From a virus, in IMG/VR virus record IMGVR_UViG_3300028920_002946, positions 96,001-160,000 of that record: a stretch of DNA of 64,000 nt; one strand, 5' to 3'. The position numbers and the translations under genes were made by a program. Positions 53,708 to 62,621 of this stretch are shown one piece after another; positions within the stretch are counted from its first letter, which is position 1; each line of letters opens with the position of its first letter. The notes below the pieces were generated by a model that saw only the letters and a program-made list of their open reading frames with translations, ran no database searches and was not told where the DNA came from.

Positions 53708-54859
53708 ATGGAGATACGCGTTTCGAAAAAGGAACTCCAAAGGGCGGTGTCCGTCACGCGAAGGGCCCTTTCCAAGGTCATCATCCAGCAGGAGCGCGGC
53801 CATATCCTGATGTCGGTGTCCGATGGGAAGATGGTGGTGTCCGGGACCAACAACGACTTGAAGGCGCTGTGCGTCGTGGATGTCCAATGCTCGGGCGGGG
53901 GCAGGGCGGAGTTCACGGCGGATCCCAAGATATTGGGGAACGTGCTGAACAAGGTCGATCTCGCGGAGGTCACCATGTCCTACGACGAGGGGGAGCAGTC
54001 CGTCAAGGTGTACACGGCGGACGGGGGTTCATCGTTCGCGACCCTGCAGTCGTTCCCGGCTTCGATGATGCTCTCCTTCACCCCGAACACCAACAGGCAG
54101 GCCACGCCCGTCCCGAGGGCGATGCTTCAGTCGTCGCTTGACTACGCCGTCCGCTACCTGTCGAAGATGACCGAGGACTCCCGCAACTTCGACATCGTGA
54201 CCGTGTCCAAGGGCATCATGTACGCGGCCAACGGCCTCAACATGCTCGGGTTCATGGTTTCGAAATCCCTGGAGGCGGTCAGCGACCTGCGGCTCCGCAA
54301 GGCCGTCATCCCCATGCTGTCCGGCGTCCTCAAGGAGATCGACGACGAAACAGTCAGCGTCATCCAGACGGCGTCCGAGGTGGGGATCGAAACCCCGTCG
54401 GCGTATTTCACGGCGCTCAAGCCGGCCGCGGAGCCACCCTCCGTCCCTACCGAACTCATAAAGTCGGAGGGCCCGCACACGGTCGTCGACCGCAAGCTGC
54501 TGCTGAGGCACCTCGACAGGCTTGCCATATCGCACACCGGGACGCCGGGCATCATCGGCATCGACATAACCGTCGGCGGGGCCGGGGACTCGTCCTACAT
54601 CGACATGTCCCTGCAATCGTCCAAAAGCATCGAGAGGGTGCCGTGCCAGAGGGTGGACGACGGCAACGCGGAACCGGTCACGCACATGGTCGAGTACAAG
54701 ATCCTGAAGGCGGTCCTCGGTTCGTTCGAGCATGGGGATCGCGTCCGGCTGCACATCAACGAGGAGGGCGGCAAGTCGTTCAAGGCCTATGACAAGGGCA
54801 CCATCGGCGAGGATCAGTTCGTGGCGGTCGGCATCGGCGGCTACGCCAAGCTGAGGTAG
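53708..54859 (+). CDS. dnaN: DNA polymerase III beta sliding clamp
   Basis: MEIRVSKKELQRAV, MVVSGTNNDL, three-domain length (383 aa), context with dnaX/holA/holB. Confidence 0.78.
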   Translation: MEIRVSKKELQRAVSVTRRALSKVIIQQERGHILMSVSDGKMVVSGTNNDLKALCVVDVQCSGGGRAEFTADPKILGNVLNKVDLAEVTMSYDEGEQSVKVYTADGGSSFATLQSFPASMMLSFTPNTNRQATPVPRAMLQSSLDYAVRYLSKMTEDSRNFDIVTVSKGIMYAANGLNMLGFMVSKSLEAVSDLRLRKAVIPMLSGVLKEIDDETVSVIQTASEVGIETPSAYFTALKPAAEPPSVPTELIKSEGPHTVVDRKLLLRHLDRLAISHTGTPGIIGIDITVGGAGDSSYIDMSLQSSKSIERVPCQRVDDGNAEPVTHMVEYKILKAVLGSFEHGDRVRLHINEEGGKSFKAYDKGTIGEDQFVAVGIGGYAKLR

Positions 54860-54862
54860 ACC

Positions 54863-55474
54863 ATGGACGCCGCCGTCTACGAATCCTTTGTCAAGAGGGT
54901 CAGCATCGCCGAGGGCATGCGGAGGTCAAAGCTGGAGGACGAGAGCCGCCTGTCCGGGGAGGTGTCGGGGCTCCAGGAGAGGTCGGATCTCCTCCGTCTG
55001 ACCGAAAAGGTCATCAAGCACCTCATTGACAGGCTTGCCAAGGGCGATCTCGAGCGCATGGACAGGCTCGTGACCTACGGGCTTGAAACGGTGTTCCCCG
55101 GCCGCAACATAACTTTCGCATCGCGCCTCGAGGAGCGCGGCAAGCGGATGCGCGTCGCGCTCAGGACCATCCAAGACGACATGGAGGTGTCCCCGGCATC
55201 CAAGAGCAGCGTGCAGGTCATCGAAAGCTTCATACTCCGGCTCATCTGCATGCGCAAGCTCAAGCGGGCGCCGCTTATGATGCTCGACGAAACGTTCGCC
55301 GCCGTGGACAGTACGAACATAGACAACGTGGGGAAGCTCATAACGCAGCTGTCGGAGAAAACGGGGATGGATATCCTTGTCGTGACGCATCTTCCGCAAT
55401 TCGCCGAATGGGGCCGCCACATATACAGGATAAGCCAGCGCGGAGGCACCGCCCGCGTGGAGAAAATACGATGA
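54863..55474 (+). CDS. SbcC/Rad50-like protein, C-terminal half
   Basis: Coiled coil then Walker B LMMLDETF, D-loop AAVD, H-loop LVVTH; signature degenerate (SPASKSS). Confidence 0.8.
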   Translation: MDAAVYESFVKRVSIAEGMRRSKLEDESRLSGEVSGLQERSDLLRLTEKVIKHLIDRLAKGDLERMDRLVTYGLETVFPGRNITFASRLEERGKRMRVALRTIQDDMEVSPASKSSVQVIESFILRLICMRKLKRAPLMMLDETFAAVDSTNIDNVGKLITQLSEKTGMDILVVTHLPQFAEWGRHIYRISQRGGTARVEKIR

Positions 55475-56034
55475 GAGTGTATATCCAGCTGGATGTCCAG
55501 AACCTGTTTTTCGCCGCCAAGGACATCGGCAAACGCGTCGACTTCATGAAGATCCGCGACCATTTCAAATCCACGGACGATGAGATAGTCGAGATGGTGG
55601 CGTACACCATTCGGACGCCGGACGCGGACTACAAGCGGTTTGAGCATTTCATGAAGTCGCTCGGTTACCTCCTTTCGGTGAAGAAGGCGCAGGTCACCAC
55701 GGGCGCGGACGGACAGCGGGTGTACAAGAACACCGACCAGGACATGGCCATCTGCATCGACTGCCTTGAGAATGTGGACAAGTTCGACAAGTGGGTGATC
55801 ATGTCCGGGGACGGCGACTTCATCGACCTCTGCCGGCACCTCAAGTCGAAGGGCAAGGCGGTGGAGGTGTGGTCGCTCGGGGGATCCAGTTTCAACAAGG
55901 GGTTCTGCGACTACGCCGACGTCATCAGGTTCCTCAACAAGAATTTCTTCTTCGAGAAGCCGTCCCATGACGACGCGTATCGCGGGTGCGGATACACCGG
56001 ACGAAGCGGCGCGGGGGAGGGGGAGGGCGGATGA
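55471..56034 (+). CDS. NYN-domain (LabA/DUF88) ribonuclease-like protein
   Basis: LDVQN, TDQDMAICID, SGDGDF, GKAVEV. Confidence 0.88.
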   Translation: MRVYIQLDVQNLFFAAKDIGKRVDFMKIRDHFKSTDDEIVEMVAYTIRTPDADYKRFEHFMKSLGYLLSVKKAQVTTGADGQRVYKNTDQDMAICIDCLENVDKFDKWVIMSGDGDFIDLCRHLKSKGKAVEVWSLGGSSFNKGFCDYADVIRFLNKNFFFEKPSHDDAYRGCGYTGRSGAGEGEGG

Positions 56035-56486
56035 AAAGCCCGGGCGTGATATACAGGCAGTACAGGCAGGCCCGGAAGCTGGCGTTCATACGGGCCGTGT
56101 CCAAGGCGCGGAGAAAGACCCACGAGAGCTGCCACTATTCGGCCTGCATCAACTACAACGATGTCGACGGGGCCGAGAAAAGCGTCAAGCTGTGTCTGCT
56201 GCGGCCAGACAACCTGGACGTGTGCACGAACCCCAGGGACTGCAACGCGTTCGCCCGGCGCTGGTCGGACGCGCAGGTCGCCGAGGAGTTCGAACGCATC
56301 ATGGCCAACGACGCCGAGAAGAAAAAGACCTTCCCGGAACTCTGGGCCTACGAGTGGGTGCTGGACAAGTCCCTCAAGGAGGCAAGGGACTCCGGCGGTG
56401 TCTTTACCTCTTTGGTCGTTTTCCTCATATCGTTCCTGGAGTCGATTCTAAGGGCTGTCGGCGGCAGGAAGAGGCTGATGGAGTAG
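56031..56486 (+). CDS. Cys-containing protein with C-terminal TM helix
   Basis: Five Cys in the N-terminal half; VFTSLVVFLISFL. Confidence 0.6.
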   Translation: MKSPGVIYRQYRQARKLAFIRAVSKARRKTHESCHYSACINYNDVDGAEKSVKLCLLRPDNLDVCTNPRDCNAFARRWSDAQVAEEFERIMANDAEKKKTFPELWAYEWVLDKSLKEARDSGGVFTSLVVFLISFLESILRAVGGRKRLME

Positions 56487-56489
56487 AAT

Positions 56490-57044
56490 ATGCCCGCCGC
56501 GCGCAAAAGGAAGTGGGAGGCGCAGGAGACATGCGTCTGCTTCAACTTCATTAACCTCCTCAGGAATGTGAGGTCGGAGGTGCGGACCCGCGTCGACCGC
56601 GGAAAGGAGCCGGAGCGATACCGGGCGGAGATATTGGCGGGGCTGGAGGCGTACGAGGTCAACGGGCAGAGGTTCAAGTACTCCACCGTGCCGAACAGGC
56701 TCGGGGGCGTGCGGTGGTATGTGCGCTGCCCCAAGTGCGATTCCAGGACGATGAAGCTGTTTCTGCCGACTCGCTACCCCGACAGGGAGCAGCGGTATCT
56801 TTGCGCCAAGTGCCACAGACTCCAGCAGACCTCCCTGGTGAAAGGTAAGTCCAAGAAATACAAGACGATAATACGGCCGCTGAAGCGGATGCAGAAACTG
56901 AAGGACATGCTGATGAACACCCATCTGACACCCGACGAGGCGAAGCCGTTGATAGACGAATACGAGAATCTGTCGAAAAACCTGAAAAACACGCCGGAAT
57001 ACCGACTGTGGAAGTTCAAGATGGAACACGGGGGGCTGGGCTGA
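56490..57044 (+). CDS. Zinc-ribbon protein
   Basis: WYVRCPKC...LF...YLCAKCHRL. Confidence 0.7.
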   Translation: MPAARKRKWEAQETCVCFNFINLLRNVRSEVRTRVDRGKEPERYRAEILAGLEAYEVNGQRFKYSTVPNRLGGVRWYVRCPKCDSRTMKLFLPTRYPDREQRYLCAKCHRLQQTSLVKGKSKKYKTIIRPLKRMQKLKDMLMNTHLTPDEAKPLIDEYENLSKNLKNTPEYRLWKFKMEHGGLG

Positions 57045-57047
57045 CAC

Positions 57048-57063
57048 CGTTAATCTATTCATA
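57048..57063 (+). promoter_or_regulatory. Candidate late-promoter motif copy D (CGTTAATCTATTCATA)
   Basis: 37 nt before ATG 57100. Confidence 0.45.
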
Positions 57064-57099
57064 AGGCATTGGATGTGTAACCTATCGGGGGACACGTCC

Positions 57100-57516
57100 A
57101 TGATTGAGTCGGTGATGCGGGTCGTTACCGCATACAAAAGGCGCTTCGTCAGGAAGCTCAAGCGAAGAAGCCCCGCCGAACGCCTGAAGTCCCGCAGGTA
57201 TTACCGGGCGAACAAGAACAAGATACGGATTCAAAGGAGACGGTATCTCCGGAAGAACCGCCTCTTCATGCGGTCGAGGAAGCTTTTCAAGAGGGTGAAG
57301 CCCAGCTGGCTGTCCCCGAAGAAGACGAAGCCGCCGACGATGAAGTCAAAGAGGAAGGCGCCCAAGAGGCACACCCCGGTCAGCAGACCGAGGAAGATCA
57401 ACATAGCGAAGCCGCCAAAGCCGCGGGCCAGGAAGGCACATGTCCCCAAAAGACGCACCCCGTCCGCCCCAAAGCCGTCCAGGCCAAGACCGAGATCCAC
57501 AAGGGCGCACGCCTAG
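57100..57516 (+). CDS. Highly basic K/R/P-rich protein (DNA-condensing/core-protein-like)
   Basis: Almost no acidic residues; GGGGGAC RBS. Confidence 0.65.
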   Translation: MIESVMRVVTAYKRRFVRKLKRRSPAERLKSRRYYRANKNKIRIQRRRYLRKNRLFMRSRKLFKRVKPSWLSPKKTKPPTMKSKRKAPKRHTPVSRPRKINIAKPPKPRARKAHVPKRRTPSAPKPSRPRPRSTRAHA

Positions 57517-57889
57517 CAGCCCCCCGGGGGATTTCACCGGATTCGTGGCCGTATACAAGGACGGCACCGTCGTCCCGGAGCGCGAGAACTACTACAGCGA
57601 GCGCTTACGCAAGAAGATGGCCACCAACTGGCTCGAGGTCGACAAGTCGGCCGTCGAGCGCCTTGAGATTCATTGGCGCGGCAGGAAGATGGCCTCCATC
57701 AGCAAGGCCGAGCACCCCGAGATAAAGCCCTCCGATTGGTTCTTCAGCCACACGGGCTGTCTGGACATGTCGACCCACAGCGTGCGCGTGGTCGCCCGGA
57801 ACATAGGCTACAGGGACCGTAGCGGCCTCACAAACGTGATATCCATCCTGGAGTGCGACGGCACCATGAAGGGCTACGCGCGTGCCTGA
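57440..57889 (+). CDS. Hypothetical protein
   Basis: 149-aa ORF overlapping both neighbours. Confidence 0.6.
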   Translation: MSPKDAPRPPQSRPGQDRDPQGRTPSSPPGDFTGFVAVYKDGTVVPERENYYSERLRKKMATNWLEVDKSAVERLEIHWRGRKMASISKAEHPEIKPSDWFFSHTGCLDMSTHSVRVVARNIGYRDRSGLTNVISILECDGTMKGYARA

Positions 57890-58934
57890 CGACATCAAAA
57901 TCTACTTGGTGTCCGACGCGACGCACTTCGCCATAAGCGACGTCTACCACGGGTACGCCAACGCGTTGAGGGAACTTAAGGTGCCCCACGAGGAGTTCCC
58001 CTACCACCTGTTTCGGACCGTCCTTTCAGACGAAATCTCCTACCACGTGATCCACTCCACGGCTCTGATGAGGTCCAAGGGCTTCACCCACGCCATGTTC
58101 ATCGGCGGCATGCGCAACGTCCCGGACTGGATGCTTGAAAGCCTCTACGGCGTGAAAAGCGTCGTCGTCGCGACCGAGGACCCCCACAGCTTCGACCCGA
58201 ACAAGAAACGGCTGGGGAAGATCGACTACTACTTCAGCAACGAGAGGTCGGTCGGCGAGTGCGGCCGGTACGGGAACACCTACTACTGCCCGACGGGCGC
58301 CTGCAGCCAGGAGTGCGGCGTCACCCCGCGCGCCTATATCGATGAGAGATACCACAGCGACATACTGTTCCTGGGGGCGCTCTACCCCAACAGACAGAAG
58401 ATGCTGGAGCGGATAATCCCGATGGTGGAGCGCAACGGCTTGGACTTCAAGATCTGCGGCCATGTGGGCTACATGAAGAAGTCCAGCCCGCTCAAGAAGT
58501 ACATCGCCGACGCCCGGACGATACCGCACCGCGAAACGGTCAAATACTACAACGGAGCCAGGGCGGTCATCAACATCCTCCGCGACACGACGTGGAGTCC
58601 GAGGACGAAGAGCCAGCGAAACCCCTTCAACAAGAGCCGTTTCGCGCCCGAGAGCCTCAACCCCAGGGCGTACGAAGTGCCCCTCTGCGGGCCGCTGATG
58701 TTCCTTGAGGACACGAGACCCGAGTCTCGGGAACTGTTCACCGAGGACGAGGTCGTCTTCTTCTCCGACGGCGAACAGCTTTCCGACAGGCTTGAGTCTT
58801 ACCTGGTGTCCAAGGACCCCTCCGTGGCGCGCGATATGTCCCTCGCCGCCTTCCAAAAGGTGGCGGCGGCCCACACGTACGTCCACCGCCTCGTGACCAT
58901 CTTGGGCGTGCTGAGGGCAGGGGGCCTAAAATAA
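57882..58934 (+). CDS. Glycosyltransferase, CgeB-like (GT-B)
   Basis: ATEDP, DILFLGALYPNR, YYNGARAVINI, LNPRAYEVPLCG, HTYVHRL. Confidence 0.85.
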   Translation: MPDDIKIYLVSDATHFAISDVYHGYANALRELKVPHEEFPYHLFRTVLSDEISYHVIHSTALMRSKGFTHAMFIGGMRNVPDWMLESLYGVKSVVVATEDPHSFDPNKKRLGKIDYYFSNERSVGECGRYGNTYYCPTGACSQECGVTPRAYIDERYHSDILFLGALYPNRQKMLERIIPMVERNGLDFKICGHVGYMKKSSPLKKYIADARTIPHRETVKYYNGARAVINILRDTTWSPRTKSQRNPFNKSRFAPESLNPRAYEVPLCGPLMFLEDTRPESRELFTEDEVVFFSDGEQLSDRLESYLVSKDPSVARDMSLAAFQKVAAAHTYVHRLVTILGVLRAGGLK

Positions 58935-58947
58935 TACTCTACTCATA
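58932..58947 (+). promoter_or_regulatory. Candidate late-promoter motif copy E (TAATACTCTACTCATA)
   Basis: 39 nt before ATG 58986; overlaps the upstream stop codon. Confidence 0.5.
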
Positions 58948-58985
58948 CATAGGGTATTTCGTACGGTTCACCAGAGGGACGATTC

Positions 58986-59702
58986 ATGGGCGAGAGGGAC
59001 ATCGCAGCCTTCAGGATGCCGCAGGTGGAGGAGCCGACCCCGTCGGGGCCGCTGTACCACAAGGGCAGGACGGTGGGGAGCGCCGCGGCGGTCCTCGACT
59101 TCAGCAAGATGATGGACCTCATCCTGTCGAATCGGGCCTTCTTCGCCAGCCTGCCGGCTAACGTCCAAAAAAGCCTCGCCAAACTACACAGGATGTCCTC
59201 GAACGCTTTCAAGTTCGCCTCCGATCGGGAGGCTTACTTCGCCGGCCAAGGACGGCCGGCACTCGGCGACTTGAAGAAGTACATCGAGAACGTCATCGGC
59301 ATAAAGGGCCTTCCGGAATCCGTCAGAAATGCCTTGGAGGGCGTCCAAACGGCAATCAAGCGGGAAATGAGCGGCGAGCCGGCACCGCAGCCGAAGGCCG
59401 CCCCGGCACAACCCGCACCCGACGAGGTCGGAAAGCCGCAGGAGTCGGCCCCAACGTCAGAGAAACCCGCGCCAACGGGGCGCGCGACGGACATGAAGGT
59501 ACCATCGGGGCGCGGCGACCCCTACGAAAAGCTACAGGCCATGTTCAAGAAAAGCAGGCACTATGCGGACATATACCCGGCGCTTCCCTTCGAAATACGC
59601 CAGGAATTGCAGAGAGTAGGGCTGGACTTGGAATCCCTCAAGGGTTTTGCCAAGCAGGCCTCTCTAGGCATCGTCAGCAGATACCTGGCATCAAGGCGGT
59701 AG
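58986..59702 (+). CDS. Probable virion/head protein
   Basis: Pro/Ala linker; KFAS, KQAS and terminal IVSRYLASRR resemble head-module proteins. Confidence 0.6.
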   Translation: MGERDIAAFRMPQVEEPTPSGPLYHKGRTVGSAAAVLDFSKMMDLILSNRAFFASLPANVQKSLAKLHRMSSNAFKFASDREAYFAGQGRPALGDLKKYIENVIGIKGLPESVRNALEGVQTAIKREMSGEPAPQPKAAPAQPAPDEVGKPQESAPTSEKPAPTGRATDMKVPSGRGDPYEKLQAMFKKSRHYADIYPALPFEIRQELQRVGLDLESLKGFAKQASLGIVSRYLASRR

Positions 59703-59718
59703 AATTTATCTGTTCATA
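59703..59718 (+). promoter_or_regulatory. Candidate late-promoter motif copy F (AATTTATCTGTTCATA)
   Basis: 50 nt before ATG 59768. Confidence 0.5.
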
Positions 59719-59767
59719 AAAAAGAGCACCTTGACGGGACAGGCCCGTACACGAGGACAGGACATCG

Positions 59768-60208
59768 ATGAAGATAAGGACGTACAGTCCGCAGACGGGA
59801 AACCTTCTCGCGGAAGACATCACGGGGATCAACTTCGGCAGCGTCCGCCAAGGCAGGCACGGGGCGCTACCCGTCCTCGTCAGGCCGTTCGCGGATGTCG
59901 AGGTGCTTACCGGGCTGGAATTGTATCTGCAGAACAACGGCGGCTTCTCCCACACCAGCTACGGGTATTTCACGAACAGCGACTTCGTCCCCGGTGTGCA
60001 CTCCTGGACGAGCGACGACAGCGCCTACCCCGCGATAAGCGACCATTTCACGGAGGTGTCCGACCCGCCACAGCCGTACGGGGGTGTCAGCCTGGGAGTA
60101 GACGGGGACGGGTACGGGGACTACGTCTGGCTGGATGTGCAGCCCGGGCAGACCGAAACGGGATCGACATCATCCATCAATTACCGCTTCATTTTCGAGT
60201 ACTCGTAG
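59768..60208 (+). CDS. Beta-rich structural-type protein, paralogue 1
   Basis: 146 aa; similar to 60228 (I.FG.V..G.H, YVWLD, NYRFIFEY). Confidence 0.7.
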   Translation: MKIRTYSPQTGNLLAEDITGINFGSVRQGRHGALPVLVRPFADVEVLTGLELYLQNNGGFSHTSYGYFTNSDFVPGVHSWTSDDSAYPAISDHFTEVSDPPQPYGGVSLGVDGDGYGDYVWLDVQPGQTETGSTSSINYRFIFEYS

Positions 60209-60227
60209 ACCAAGAAGGACGTGAGCC

Positions 60228-60668
60228 ATGAGGATTGAATCGTACAACCCCGAGACGATGGTCATGCTGGAGTCGGACGCGGCGTCTGTCGACTTCGGCA
60301 CGGTGGCCAGGGGCCACCACAACTCCACCGCCGTGTCCGTGAGGCCCGTGGCTGGCGCAGGGGAAACCCTCAGCCGGCTGGCCCTGTTCCTCGAGGACAA
60401 CGCAGACCTCAACAACACGCAGTTCGGAAAATTCAAGTGGCCGACGCCGATTGCCGGCATCGAACCCGGAGACCCGCGGCTGAGCGACTATTTCATACCG
60501 GCCCCGGGCGTCTCGGACTTCGAGGACTACGGCGAACTCAGCGACTACGGGGTCCCGATGGACCCCGACACGCCGGAGTACGTCTGGATGGACGCGGAGG
60601 CGGCCACGTCGGAGATGAACCTCGGTGACAAGACCGTGAACTTCAGATTCGTGTTCGAGTATGTCTAA
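60228..60668 (+). CDS. Beta-rich structural-type protein, paralogue 2
   Basis: 146 aa; VDFGTVARGHH, YVWMD, NFRFVFEY. Confidence 0.7.
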   Translation: MRIESYNPETMVMLESDAASVDFGTVARGHHNSTAVSVRPVAGAGETLSRLALFLEDNADLNNTQFGKFKWPTPIAGIEPGDPRLSDYFIPAPGVSDFEDYGELSDYGVPMDPDTPEYVWMDAEAATSEMNLGDKTVNFRFVFEYV

Positions 60669-61053
60669 GGGATCCGCCAGAAGAACCGTCGGCGCAGTCG
60701 TCGCCGATGCCGCATACACCTTGATAGCCGCCGGCACGGGCTTGAGCGACGCCGACGTGAGGAGGCTCCGCGAGGAGGCCCCGAGGCTTGCCAAGAGGGT
60801 GCAGGTCAGCAAAGACGAGAAAAACCCGTTCAAAGGGTTCTCGGACGACGAGAAGCGCCTTCTTCTGGCTTATGTCGTGTATCTGCGGCAGAACCTCATT
60901 ATGGACTCGACCACGCACCCGAACGACGAGGATGCGGCGAAGATACTGCACGGCGAGGTGTTCCCGGGGACGGACAGGAAAACGATGAAACGGCTGGTTG
61001 AGGAGCTGGTGAGGCAACTGCAGAAGGCCGGCGTGAAGTTCAACGACGACTAA
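60661..61053 (+). CDS. Hypothetical helical protein
   Basis: 130-aa ORF coupled to upstream gene. Confidence 0.6.
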   Translation: MSKGSARRTVGAVVADAAYTLIAAGTGLSDADVRRLREEAPRLAKRVQVSKDEKNPFKGFSDDEKRLLLAYVVYLRQNLIMDSTTHPNDEDAAKILHGEVFPGTDRKTMKRLVEELVRQLQKAGVKFNDD

Positions 61054-61067
61054 GAACGGAGTCAAAA

Positions 61068-61559
61068 ATGGCACTCGGAAAAAAGGATCTCATCGGTGAC
61101 ATATCGGTCATCGACTTCAGAATCGTGTTTGGGACGGCCGCCGTCAGTTCGGATCACCAGAAGGTGGTCATCAACTACACCGGCTACGCGTTCCCGGCGC
61201 TGGCGAACGGGGAACTCACCACGTACGAGTACTCGCTCGACAACGGGAGCACATGGCAGGCAATGACGCCGTCGTCCGGCACCGACCTCACGTCGCTCGG
61301 GTTCTCCGCGGGCGGCACGGCCCACACGTTCGAGTGGGAGGCGAAGGCGGACGAGGGGACGGACTTCTACAACGTGACTGTCAGAATCCGAATGAACGCG
61401 GAGAGCGGTTCGGACGAAACGGGAGTCACCTCGACCTCCTACTACTTCGAACGAACCTCCACGAACGTCGCGCAGTCGGCGCAGCCGTCGCCGTTCCCGG
61501 AAAGCTATGCGGGTCAATCCGGCAACGAGCTCATGAGGGGCTTGGCGCCGAGGCTGTAG
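61068..61559 (+). CDS. Ig/FN3-like structural-type protein
   Basis: [14 protein letters not shown] and beta-strand pattern. Confidence 0.6.
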   Translation: MALGKKDLIGDISVIDFRIVFGTAAVSSDHQKVVINYTGYAFPALANGELTTYEYSLDNGSTWQAMTPSSGTDLTSLGFSAGGTAHTFEWEAKADEGTDFYNVTVRIRMNAESGSDETGVTSTSYYFERTSTNVAQSAQPSPFPESYAGQSGNELMRGLAPRL

Positions 61560-61605
61560 ATCTCGACAGACGGGGGCGCGCGCCGCCCCCGGCAAGGCAT
61601 ATAAG

Positions 61606-62616
61606 ATGGCAGACGGGGCTGATCCGCTCAGGATACTCGGCCTTTCCCCGGGCGCCAGCCTGGAGGACGCCAAGGAACATTACCGCCGGCTCTGCCTGAG
61701 ATACCATCCCGACAAAAACCCCGGGAACGAAACACAGTTCCGCAGGATCGCGGAGGCCTACGCCCAAGTGCGGGCGAAGCCATCCCTTCTCGAATCCGTG
61801 GCCCCCGAGCGGGGCGGCGTCGTAAGCTACCTCAGTAGCGGCATCAAGCTCAGCATGAGGGACATATACCTCGCGAGCGAGCAGACGGTGTCTTTTCAGC
61901 GCCTGACCAAATGCGGCAGATGTTCCGGGACGGGGGCCGCCGACGGCGCCAAGGGCGTGTGCGAGTGTTGCAGCGGCGTCGGCATCATCGACAGCGCCGT
62001 CCTCTCCATGATGGGGCGTGACAACCTCTGCCCGGTGTGCAAGGGGTCGGGCATCGTCGGGGAAGTCTGCCCCGCATGCCACGGGGACAAGACGGTCTTG
62101 GAGAACGTCACGGCGACGTTTCGATCCACGCTTCATTGCTACTACAAGCGAGGGGTTCTCCTCAAGGGGTTCGGAAACGTGCGCCCCGACGGCAGCTACG
62201 AGGATTTGATGGTCAAGCTGGACATCCACAAGGATCCCTATGTTTCCGTCGACGGGACTTCGTTCAAGGTGTACGTGTACGTCACGCCCGCGCAGCGGGT
62301 GTCGGGACACAGGGGGGTGCTCCACATATTCGACAGGGACGTGCCCTACAAGGTTGACCCCTGGGACTCCGAAAACATCGTCTACGACGGCATACGGCCG
62401 GGGTTCCGGCGCGAGATAAGGGTCGTGTACAAGGAGGTCGTGCCCGAGGTGACCGACGAAACAAGGGAACTGTATCGGCGCATCAAGGACCTCGAGGGGA
62501 AATCATGCGACAAGGTGGGATCCCTCGCCCTGACGAAGTTGTGCGAGCCAAACCCGACTCCGAACGCGGGCGGCCCGGCCAAACGAGGAAAAAGCCGCGC
62601 GCGACACCGCTACTGA
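61606..62616 (+). CDS. dnaJ: DnaJ-like co-chaperone
   Basis: J-domain with YHPDKN; four zinc-finger repeats [32 protein letters not shown]. Confidence 0.9.
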   Translation: MADGADPLRILGLSPGASLEDAKEHYRRLCLRYHPDKNPGNETQFRRIAEAYAQVRAKPSLLESVAPERGGVVSYLSSGIKLSMRDIYLASEQTVSFQRLTKCGRCSGTGAADGAKGVCECCSGVGIIDSAVLSMMGRDNLCPVCKGSGIVGEVCPACHGDKTVLENVTATFRSTLHCYYKRGVLLKGFGNVRPDGSYEDLMVKLDIHKDPYVSVDGTSFKVYVYVTPAQRVSGHRGVLHIFDRDVPYKVDPWDSENIVYDGIRPGFRREIRVVYKEVVPEVTDETRELYRRIKDLEGKSCDKVGSLALTKLCEPNPTPNAGGPAKRGKSRARHRY

Positions 62617-62621
62617 CTCCG

